NCBI GenBank assembly: GCA_036508555.1
Contig: DATCHD010000023.1
Location: 833-64,832, forward strand
Source of the DNA: Prolixibacteraceae bacterium
GTDB lineage: Bacteria > Bacteroidota > Bacteroidia > Bacteroidales > Prolixibacteraceae
Direction of reading: 5' to 3'
Length of the DNA: 64,000 bases
Made by a program: the position numbers and the translations under genes. Positions 9,704 to 17,244 of the stretch are shown in pieces. The first letter of the stretch is position 1, and each line of letters starts with the position of its first letter. The notes under the pieces were generated by a model, which saw only the letters and a list, made by a program, of their open reading frames with translations, was not told where the DNA came from and did not search any database.

Positions 9704-9785
9704 GAAGGCTGAAAAGACGGCAAGACGGAAGGACGGAAAAGAAGGAGGGAAAGGTGCAGAAGTTTAAATTTAGAAGATAAAAGTG

Positions 9786-10430
9786 ATGATTGAAATTAAA
9801 AATATTACCAAAATATATAAAAAGGGGACAGCCGAATTTACTGCACTTGAAAATGTAAGCTTTAACATTGAAAAAGGTGATTATGTAGCTGTTACAGGTG
9901 CGAGTGGAGCCGGAAAGTCCACATTGTTGAATACGATTGGAGGTTTGATACATCCTGATTCAGGAGAGATTTTATACAATGGCAGTGATATCTATAAACA
10001 GGCAAGCAGGCATACAGATGAATACAGAAAGAAGCATATAGGATTCATGTTTCAACAATTCCATCTGATGCCTTATCTGACTGTTCTTGATAATATCAAA
10101 CTTGCCTGTTACGAAAAACACCAGCTTGATTCTGTTGATCATTATCTCGAAAAATGTTCCCTGACAGGATTGAAAAATAAATATCCTTCCGAGTTAAGTG
10201 TTGGAGAGAAACAAAGAACTGCCTTTATCAGGGCAATCATATCTAACCCCGACATTTTACTGGCAGACGAACCGACCGGGAATCTGGATCCCGGCAACAG
10301 CAGCATTCTTTTGTCGCTTGTGGAAGACTTTCATCAAAATGGAGGGACTGTCGTTCTGGTCTCTCACGATCCGTTAACCGCAAAATATGCAAACAGGAAA
10401 ATTGTTCTTGAAAGGGGTAAAATTGGTTAA
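9786..10430 (+). CDS. ABC transporter ATP-binding protein (partner of the FtsX permease)
   Basis: Walker A GASGAGKST, signature LSVGEKQR, Walker B ILLADEPTGNLD, H-loop VLVSHD. GTG at 9783, ATG at 9786. Confidence 0.9.
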   Translation: MIEIKNITKIYKKGTAEFTALENVSFNIEKGDYVAVTGASGAGKSTLLNTIGGLIHPDSGEILYNGSDIYKQASRHTDEYRKKHIGFMFQQFHLMPYLTVLDNIKLACYEKHQLDSVDHYLEKCSLTGLKNKYPSELSVGEKQRTAFIRAIISNPDILLADEPTGNLDPGNSSILLSLVEDFHQNGGTVVLVSHDPLTAKYANRKIVLERGKIG

Positions 10431-11446
10431 TTCGCAGCCTCAAACTGGTTCAAGAACCTTACATCATTCTCAAAATAGAGCCTTAAGTCGTTGATTCCGA
10501 ACTTCAGCATAGCAATCCTTTCTATCCCCATTCCGAATGCAAAACCAGTATATTTTTTACTATCGATGCCGGAGGCTTCCAAAACATTCGGGTCAACCAT
10601 GCCACATCCAAGGATTTCGAGCCATCCGGTGTATTTGCAGACGTTACAGCCCTTGCCGCCGCAAATCGAGCAGGAGACATCCAATTCTGCCGAAGGCTCG
10701 GTAAATGGAAAATATGAGGGCCTCATCCGGATTTCCGTTTTTTCACCAAACAGTTCTTTGGCAAAATAAAGCAGCGTTTGCTTCAGGTCTGCAAACGACA
10801 CGTTTTCATCGATGTACAGTCCCTCGATCTGGTGGAACATGCAGTGAGCCCGGTAAGAGATTGCCTCATTGCGGAATACCCTTCCCGGAGTAACTGTTCG
10901 TATGGGCGGTTTCATGGTTTCCATATCATGAACCTGCACCGAGGAGGTATGTGTTCTCAGCAGAATATCAGGATTCCGCTGAATGAAGAAGGTATCCTGC
11001 ATGTCGCGCGCCGGATGCTCTTCCGGAAAATTCAGCGCCGAAAAAACGTGCCAGTCATCTTCGATTTCGGGACCCTCAGATACAACAAAGCCAAGACGTT
11101 TGAAGATGTCGAGCATCTCATTTTTAACGATGGAGATAGGATGACGGGTGCCTGCCTTCATGGGATCGCCCGGAAGGGAACTGTCAAGCTTCTTAACCTC
11201 AACAGTATTTTCATCAAGTGTATCTTTCAATACCTTGATTTTGTCCATGGCAAAATTTTTCAGGGTATTCATCGCGTGTCCGATATCTTTTTTCTGATCC
11301 GGAGAGACGCTTCTAAAATCTTCCATCAGCTTTGAAATCTCTCCCTTTTTACTTAGGTATTTGATTCTCAGCTCTTCCAGCTCTTCGGCCGACTTGACTG
11401 CTATCTCTTCAATCTCCTTTTGGATCTCCTTTATTCTGTTTAACAT
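10427..11446 (-). CDS. pheS: Phenylalanine--tRNA ligase alpha subunit
   Basis: MLNRIKEIQKEIEEI... coiled N-terminus, then a class II core (HPISIVKNEMLDIFKRLGF, FRNEAISYRAHCMFHQIEG, GFAFGMGIERIAMLKFGI). The true ATG is at 11444-11446. The track ORF extends further upstream from a non-ATG start. Confidence 0.92.
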   Translation of the reverse strand: MLNRIKEIQKEIEEIAVKSAEELEELRIKYLSKKGEISKLMEDFRSVSPDQKKDIGHAMNTLKNFAMDKIKVLKDTLDENTVEVKKLDSSLPGDPMKAGTRHPISIVKNEMLDIFKRLGFVVSEGPEIEDDWHVFSALNFPEEHPARDMQDTFFIQRNPDILLRTHTSSVQVHDMETMKPPIRTVTPGRVFRNEAISYRAHCMFHQIEGLYIDENVSFADLKQTLLYFAKELFGEKTEIRMRPSYFPFTEPSAELDVSCSICGGKGCNVCKYTGWLEILGCGMVDPNVLEASGIDSKKYTGFAFGMGIERIAMLKFGINDLRLYFENDVRFLNQFEAAN

Positions 11447-11479
11447 CTTGGTTCTTTTTGTAAGGGGCAAAAATAACAA

Positions 11480-13594
11480 TTACTTCTTAATAACCAGTCC
11501 GGAACGCTCGAGTAAAGGTTCGACAGAAGGTTCCTGTCCGCGGAAAGCCTTGTAAAGTACCATCGGATGCGCGGTACCCCCCTTCTCGAGAATATTCTTG
11601 CGAAAAGAAGCAGCAGTAGCCTTGTCGAAGATTCCGTTTTTCTTGAATACCGAGAAAGCGTCCGCATCGAGTACCTCGGCCCATTTATATCCGTAATATC
11701 CTGCCGCGTATCCTCCGGCAAAAATATGCGAGAAGGAAGTGCTCAGACAAGAACCCTCGAGTGGAGGGAATTGGTCGGTAGAGGACATTGCCTTTTGCTC
11801 GAAATCCACCACACTGCCAGTCACAGGTTCGGTGATGGAATGCCAGGCCATGTCATTCATCCCAAAACTCAGCTGACGCTCACTCTGCGTCCCGGATTGG
11901 AAATTTTTTGCCCGTATCAGCTTCTGAACTAATTCGGGCGGTATTTTCTCTCCCGTCAGATAATGCTTGGCAAAAAGATCCAAAAAATCCTTTTCGATGG
12001 CCCAGTTCTCCATGATTTGTGAAGGTAACTCAACAAAATCGCGGTAGACTGCCGTTCCTGACATACCCTCGTAGACGGTATTGGCAAACATTCCATGCAA
12101 TCCATGTCCAAATTCGTGCAGAAATGTAGTCAATTCATAAAATGTTAACAGGGAGGGTTTGGTATCCGTTGGCTTGGTAAAATTCGTAACGATGGAGACC
12201 ACTGGCCTAATGTTGTGACCATCCAGGTTACTCTGAGAACGGTATTCCGTCATCCATGCTCCACCTCTTTTCCCATCGCGCGGGAAAAAATCGAGGTAGA
12301 GAACTGAAAGGAAAGAACCATCTTTGTCGAATACCTCGAAAGCCTTCACATCCGGATGATAAACCTGGATGGATTTGTTTTCTTTAAAAGTAATGCCATA
12401 CAACCTGTTAGCCAGTTCGAAGACTCCTGTGATGACATTCTCAAGCTTGAAATAGGGTTTCACTGCCTGTTCGTCGAAACCGTAGCGATCGTTTTTGAGC
12501 TTTTCGGACCAATAACTCCAGTCCCATCGTTGAAGTTGATCCTTGAAACCGTGGACTTTGGCATATTCCTGGACATCTGCCAGATCTTTCAATGCGGCAG
12601 GTCTGGAGGCTTCGTGCAGCTGCTGCAGAAAAGCATTCACTTTTGCGGGGCTTTCGGCCATCCGCTCTTCAAGAACATAAGCAGCATGGTTTGGGAATCC
12701 CAGAAGTTTCGCGCGCTCCATTCTCAGACTAACAATCTTGCGGATTACCTCTTCGTTGTTGTTTTTATTCTGGTGAAAAGCGCGCGAATTGTAAGCCCTG
12801 TATATCTCTTCCCGCAACTTCCTGTTTTCTGCAAATTTCATAAAGGCTATATAGCCCGGGCCCTGAAGATTGAACAACCAACCCTCTTTCTTTTTGGATT
12901 TTGCTAATTGAGCAGCCGTCTCAATTTCGTTTTCCGGCAGTCCGGCCAAATCCTTCTTGTCTGTAATAACTAATTGATATGCATTGGTTTCCGCCAGAAC
13001 ATTCTCACCAAACTGAAGAGAAAGATTGGATAATTCAGTGTTGATCTGCGCGAACCGTTCCTTGGCAGTTCCCTCGAGGTTGGCACCGCTTCTGACAAAT
13101 CCTTTGTAAGAATCATCCAGCAGTTTACTGTCTTCTGCATTAAGATTTTGCTTCGCTTTCTGATTGTAAACAGCCTTGACTCGTTGAAAAAGTTTCTCGT
13201 TTAATGAGACATAGTTCTGATATTCAGACAATTTAGGCGATACGTCTCTGGCGATCGACTGGATAGTCGGGTCGGTCTCGGCAGAATTCAGGTTGAAAAG
13301 AATGGTCGTCGCCCTGCTCAATTTTTTACCCGTTTCTTCCAGTGCCCTGATGGTATTCCTGAAAGTTGGCGCTTCAGGGTTATTGATCAGTGCATCAACC
13401 TCTGTTTTGGAATCAACCAGCAGTTGGTCGATGGCCGGCACAAAATGCTCATGCTTGATCTCATTAAATGGAGGTGTCTGTTGCACCGTATTCCAATCCG
13501 CTAATAATGGATTTTTTGCTATCTTTTCGCTTGTCATATTGATTGTTGTTATTCCGCTCAGGATCACTGCCCCAAAAAACATTAATTTCTTCAT
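11480..13594 (-). CDS. dcp: M3-family peptidyl-dipeptidase (Dcp-like) with signal peptide
   Basis: Zinc motif HEFGHGLH followed by ...ELPSQIMENW. The length (704 aa) and overall M3 pattern fit. Confidence 0.88.
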   Translation of the reverse strand: MKKLMFFGAVILSGITTINMTSEKIAKNPLLADWNTVQQTPPFNEIKHEHFVPAIDQLLVDSKTEVDALINNPEAPTFRNTIRALEETGKKLSRATTILFNLNSAETDPTIQSIARDVSPKLSEYQNYVSLNEKLFQRVKAVYNQKAKQNLNAEDSKLLDDSYKGFVRSGANLEGTAKERFAQINTELSNLSLQFGENVLAETNAYQLVITDKKDLAGLPENEIETAAQLAKSKKKEGWLFNLQGPGYIAFMKFAENRKLREEIYRAYNSRAFHQNKNNNEEVIRKIVSLRMERAKLLGFPNHAAYVLEERMAESPAKVNAFLQQLHEASRPAALKDLADVQEYAKVHGFKDQLQRWDWSYWSEKLKNDRYGFDEQAVKPYFKLENVITGVFELANRLYGITFKENKSIQVYHPDVKAFEVFDKDGSFLSVLYLDFFPRDGKRGGAWMTEYRSQSNLDGHNIRPVVSIVTNFTKPTDTKPSLLTFYELTTFLHEFGHGLHGMFANTVYEGMSGTAVYRDFVELPSQIMENWAIEKDFLDLFAKHYLTGEKIPPELVQKLIRAKNFQSGTQSERQLSFGMNDMAWHSITEPVTGSVVDFEQKAMSSTDQFPPLEGSCLSTSFSHIFAGGYAAGYYGYKWAEVLDADAFSVFKKNGIFDKATAASFRKNILEKGGTAHPMVLYKAFRGQEPSVEPLLERSGLVIKK

Positions 13595-13663
13595 ATTAAT
13601 ATCCTATTTGATTCTCATTTCTCATTTCCCCAGTTCTCATTTTTTTCATTTCCTTCACTAGCT

Positions 13664-13719
13664 CCAGCGGATTTGCAATCCGCTGGTAGTCTATTTCCAA
13701 CGGATTGCAAATCCGTTGG
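13664..13719. repeat. Two adjacent copies of the 23-nt palindrome family A (CCNGCGGATT-TGC-AATCCGCNGG)
   Basis: ccagcggatttgcaatccgctgg (13664-13686) and ccaacggattgcaaatccgttgg (13697-13719). The same unit occurs at 27715-27737 and 61628-61650. Confidence 0.9.
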
Positions 13720-13736
13720 AGCGAATCTTTCACCTC

Positions 13737-14333
13737 TCACTTTTCACTTTTCAGTCTCTTCCTGGTCTTCTCCTTCATCACACTCCATCCAAATTTTCCA
13801 ATTTTCTTTCCCATCTCATAGTAATTACCATGAGAATACGCCATCAGACCGGCACTCTCCAGGCTCATGGCACCAGTTTGAGGATCAATGAACCTGTCGT
13901 CGGCCACCATATTAACCACATTGGCTATAAACATATCGTGTGAGCCCAGCTCCTTTATCTCTACCACTTTGCATTCGATGCTGATGGGCGATTCTGCAAT
14001 GATAGGGCATTTTACGATCGTACCCGGAAGCGGTGTCAGACCGGATTCTTTGAACTTATCATGATCGCGGCCCGATTTTACACCACACCAGTCGGTGACT
14101 TCGGCCATGGCTTTGGTGGTAAGGTTGATGACAAATTCGCCATTCCGTTTGATGATCTCGTGAGAGTGACGTCCGGGCCGAACCGAAATATAACACATTG
14201 GAGGATCCGAGCAAATGGTCCCCATCCAAGAGACTGTTATCAGGTTGTACTCTTCGGGTGAGGAGCCGCAGCTAATTAATGCTGCTGGCAGCGGGTAGAT
14301 CATGTTTCCGGGTTTCCAGTTAATTTTTGCCAT
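13737..14333 (-). CDS. Flavin reductase family protein
   Basis: MAKINWKPGNMIYPLPAALISCG...LITVSWMGTICSDPPMCYISVRPGRHSHEIIKRNGEFVINL fits the flavin reductase-like FMN-binding fold. ATG at 14331-14333. The 17 upstream codons in the track ORF (..FFIFHFSLLL) are translated heptamer repeat. Confidence 0.8.
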   Translation of the reverse strand: MAKINWKPGNMIYPLPAALISCGSSPEEYNLITVSWMGTICSDPPMCYISVRPGRHSHEIIKRNGEFVINLTTKAMAEVTDWCGVKSGRDHDKFKESGLTPLPGTIVKCPIIAESPISIECKVVEIKELGSHDMFIANVVNMVADDRFIDPQTGAMSLESAGLMAYSHGNYYEMGKKIGKFGWSVMKEKTRKRLKSEK

Positions 14334-14341
14334 AAGGAGAA

Positions 14342-14445
14342 GTGAAAAATGAAAAATGAAAAATGTTCCGTCCCTGAGCGCCACCCGGTCCCTGAAGCCT
14401 GTCGAAGGGCCCTGTTCGTTCCGGTCCCTGAGCCTGTCGAAGGGC
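14342..14445. repeat. Heptamer repeat block plus family B repeat copies
   Basis: gtgaaaa-atgaaaa-atgaaaa (14342-14362), then ccgtccctgagcg (14368-14380), ccggtccctgaagcctgtcgaagggcc (14385-14411) and ccggtccctgagcctgtcgaagggc (14421-14445). Confidence 0.85.
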
Positions 14446-14489
14446 GATGTAAACCTTAGAAAAAATTTTAATCATTCAAACTGTATATT

Positions 14490-15470
14490 TCATAGTAAGT
14501 TTTCCTGCTCTCTTATTTCGACCCACTCCTGCTCATCGAGTTTGGCACCGGGCCCCCTAATTACCCTTGAAGCAAGCAAGGCACCTAGTTTCCCGCATTT
14601 CTCCAGATCGTAACCTTTGGCTATCCCGACCAGGAAACCGGCAGCGAAGAAATCCCCGGCACCGGTGGTATCCACGACAACATCCCCTGCGGCAGGAATA
14701 TGTGTCAAGACGCTCCCCTGTTGGATATATGCGCCCTCCTTCCCAATTTTGACCACAGCAATATCGCAACGGCTGGCCAGGTTATGGACGGCATCCAGAG
14801 GTTGCATTCCGGTAAATGACTTTGCCTCCTCTTCGTTGGCGAAGACGATATCGACATAATTGTCGACTAGTTCATTTAATATTTCCCGGTTGGCTTCAAC
14901 AACATTGTAACTGGCCAAATCCAGTGCGATGGTGAGTCCGGCATTTTTTGCCGCAGATGCGGCAGCCATGATTAAGGCATAGTTGAAGACGAGGTATCCC
15001 TCGATGAAGAAAATATCGAAACCCTGTAATCTTTCAGGCGTGACATCATCAGGTTGTAGTTCTGAGGCTGCGCCAAGGTAAGTGGCAAATGTCCGTTCGC
15101 CATCCGGTTCAACGAGTCCCACTGCACGGCCGGTGGGAAGTTCGGAATAGATTAGAAGCGGTTGTATGCCCTGGTTTTTTTGCTCTTCGGCAAAAAGATC
15201 ACCAAGATAGTCATGGCCAATTGATCCCAGGAATCCGCAAGGAACACCCAGATTGGCAATCCCATTGATGGCATTGGCGACAGATCCACCGGTCACCAGG
15301 AAATGCTTTTCTTCGGCGATCTCCACCTGAACTCTGTCGGACATTTCCCTGTCGACGTGGGTCATGCTTCCTTTCGGAAGATTCAACGACCTGATAATCT
15401 GATCATCCTTCAGCATAGTGATAATATCGACCAGTGCATTTCCAATGCCCAATATTTTCGAATACCCCAT
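14490..15470 (-). CDS. PfkB-family carbohydrate/adenosine kinase
   Basis: N-terminal ILGIGNALVDI, and the PfkB signature VVDTTGAGDFFAAGFL near the C-terminus. Confidence 0.85.
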   Translation of the reverse strand: MGYSKILGIGNALVDIITMLKDDQIIRSLNLPKGSMTHVDREMSDRVQVEIAEEKHFLVTGGSVANAINGIANLGVPCGFLGSIGHDYLGDLFAEEQKNQGIQPLLIYSELPTGRAVGLVEPDGERTFATYLGAASELQPDDVTPERLQGFDIFFIEGYLVFNYALIMAAASAAKNAGLTIALDLASYNVVEANREILNELVDNYVDIVFANEEEAKSFTGMQPLDAVHNLASRCDIAVVKIGKEGAYIQQGSVLTHIPAAGDVVVDTTGAGDFFAAGFLVGIAKGYDLEKCGKLGALLASRVIRGPGAKLDEQEWVEIREQENLL

Positions 15471-15529
15471 ATTGATTATTTATTTCAATGAATTTGTGCA
15501 AATATATTTCCATTTTATGAAAAAGGTGC

Positions 15530-15537
15530 TATTTTTG
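15530..15537 (+). promoter_or_regulatory. Candidate Bacteroidota -7 promoter box (TAnnTTTG) for tRNA-Asn
   Basis: TATTTTTG lies 34 nt upstream of the mature tRNA 5' end. This is a motif match only. Confidence 0.35.
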
Positions 15538-15570
15538 CAACGCTTTAGAAAATTAACTAAAGTAATAAAC

Positions 15571-15644
15571 TCCTTAGTAGCTCAGTTGGTTAGAGCGGCG
15601 GACTGTTAATCCGTAGGTCGTAGGTTCAAGTCCTACCTGAGGAG
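15571..15644 (+). tRNA. tRNA-Asn (anticodon GTT)
   Basis: Cloverleaf by eye. Acceptor TCCTTAG/CTGAGGA, D-arm GCTCAGTTGGTTAGAGC, anticodon loop CT-GTT-AA, T-arm GTAGG-TTCAAGT-CCTAC, discriminator G. No encoded CCA. Confidence 0.93.
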
Positions 15645-15647
15645 CTT

Positions 15648-15682
15648 AAGAGGCTGAAATCATACAATTTCAGCCTCTTTTT
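15648..15682 (+). terminator. Rho-independent terminator after tRNA-Asn
   Basis: 13-bp perfect stem aagaggctgaaat / atttcagcctctt with loop cataca, followed by a T-run. Confidence 0.8.
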
Positions 15683-15734
15683 ATTACGATCCTATTCGAA
15701 AACAGGCGGTATTGGTCAAAACACGGATTCCATT

Positions 15735-16679
15735 TTAATGTCCCTCTTGGTCCATTAAAAGCTTTTTCACCACTTCGTCATAATAGGGTTTTTCTTTCAG
15801 ACTTGAATGAGAACCAGGGAAATAGAGAATATCCACTTCTATAAAATTGGGAAAATCGAAATCACGCATCACTACTGCACAACGCATATCATTGGAAAGG
15901 CGCGTATTGTCAATCATCGGAAACTGAAAATAATCTATCGTGAATTCCTGAGTCACCATGTTAACAAACTTATTGTTGAGAGAGGTCTCAATATCCAGTC
16001 TCACATTAACCCTTTTTTCATCTACATTATATCCTGATGCTTTTAGAAATACAACTCTTTTATACACATTATTTGTATTTCCAACTTTGACTGTATCATA
16101 AACCACCTTTGAATCTTTCCAATCCATGGCAAAATCCTGAGAAAGTCCTGGTTTATACTTGACCGAATCGCCCGGGAAAGTAATAAACATAGTCTCCCTT
16201 GTGGCAGCTCCTTCGAGGCTCGAAATTTGCTTTGAAATAACATCCCCTGCCATTTTATACAATCGATTCCGGTATGCTTCTTTTAGCTGGATATTTTTTT
16301 CGGCGGCGATTTGTCTGTCCAGGTAAACAAAAAGTGGCATAAGGTTGAGCGACTCATGAAAATTATAGGCCAGCAGTTCGAGCTGCAGGATATTTTCATC
16401 CAATGAGTGGGAATCTTTGAGAATGGTGCCAAGAATCGAGTTGAACATATCTTTCCTAAGGGCGCTTTCAGATTGTTCCCGACTGCTCATCAACTCAGTG
16501 TAAAGCCTGATTTTCGAATCATTGTTCTGTCTGCTATTCAGATACGCAGAACCAAAATAGCTGACCAATGCAATTGTCAGGGCGGTGATCAGGCCACCAA
16601 TTGGATGCAAGATAATTTCTATCTTGTCCCACGTGTCCCGCTTTTCCTTTTTGGGTACTAAAGGCTCTTCAGTATCCAT
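15735..16679 (-). CDS. Single-pass membrane protein of unknown function (314 aa)
   Basis: Long ORF with one N-terminal TM helix (ILHPIGGLITALTIALVSYFGSAYL). I recognise no domain. It overlaps the upstream gene by 22 nt. Confidence 0.6.
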   Translation of the reverse strand: MDTEEPLVPKKEKRDTWDKIEIILHPIGGLITALTIALVSYFGSAYLNSRQNNDSKIRLYTELMSSREQSESALRKDMFNSILGTILKDSHSLDENILQLELLAYNFHESLNLMPLFVYLDRQIAAEKNIQLKEAYRNRLYKMAGDVISKQISSLEGAATRETMFITFPGDSVKYKPGLSQDFAMDWKDSKVVYDTVKVGNTNNVYKRVVFLKASGYNVDEKRVNVRLDIETSLNNKFVNMVTQEFTIDYFQFPMIDNTRLSNDMRCAVVMRDFDFPNFIEVDILYFPGSHSSLKEKPYYDEVVKKLLMDQEGH

Positions 16680-16987
16680 TTGTCACCGGCTTTATTCATT
16701 AACAAATTGTAACGAGTTGACTTGTTGGATGAAAAAACCTCAAAACCAGCGTCCTTGTATCCAACAACTCCAAGATTAAATTTCCCCACCTCCTTTATTG
16801 TAACCGTAAAGTAGCCGTTTGCATCAGTTTTTGCGGTACCCAATACCTTATCATTTTGCATTATTTGTACAACTTGATTGGTCAAAGGCTTTCCGTCATC
16901 ACCTTTTATTGTTCCATAAATTTCCCCTGCAAAAGATAGAATTGGGACGAACAATAAGATCAAAAAAAGGACTCCTGTTGTTTTCAT
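16658..16987 (-). CDS. Small secreted carboxypeptidase-regulatory-like (transthyretin-like beta-sandwich) protein
   Basis: Signal peptide MKTTGVLFLILLFVPILSFA, then GEIYGTIKGDDGKPLTNQVVQIMQNDKVLGTAKTDANGYFTVTI, the CarboxypepD_reg-type pattern. Confidence 0.6.
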   Translation of the reverse strand: MKTTGVLFLILLFVPILSFAGEIYGTIKGDDGKPLTNQVVQIMQNDKVLGTAKTDANGYFTVTIKEVGKFNLGVVGYKDAGFEVFSSNKSTRYNLLMNKAGDKWILKSL

Positions 16988-17244
16988 AAGGCATTAATTT
17001 ATTAAAAATTAGCTTTCTGATTTCTAATTAGACCCTAAATATAAGCCAAAAAATCGATAATGAATGTTTCTGGGTTCATCCCATTAACCGATACGTTCCA
17101 AAGTTTTAGTCAAAAAGATCGGCAGAAATTTTAAACCCAATACAAAGCCTTAAACCTGTTGCAACTTTCGAAAACCTTGACGGCATTGGTCAAAACACGG
17201 ATCTGCGTCATGAACGGAAAGATTGCAACTCTTAGAAAATCGGG

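Noticed and set aside
9752-9758. GGAGG as a Shine-Dalgarno site for the ABC ATPase gene
   Set aside because: It lies about 28 nt from the ATG, which is too far for SD function, and Bacteroidota generally do not rely on SD pairing. It is more likely just part of the purine-rich repeat.
13673-13943. ORFs beginning MQSAGSLFPTDCKSVGANL... and MERIFHLSLFTFQS..., plus the N-terminal extensions [15 protein letters not shown] (27724) and MALRDGTFFIFHFSLLL (14384)
   Set aside because: These are translations of the family A palindrome (ADLQSAG) and of the heptamer repeats (FHF/FTF). The same peptide strings recur wherever the repeat occurs, and the real genes start at downstream ATGs.
13600-14450. Possible CRISPR array, because of repeated palindromic units (also at 27640-27770)
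   Set aside because: There are only 2-3 units per locus, and the units differ in type. Spacing is irregular and very short. There are no uniform spacers and no cas genes. The pattern fits REP/BIME-like elements instead.
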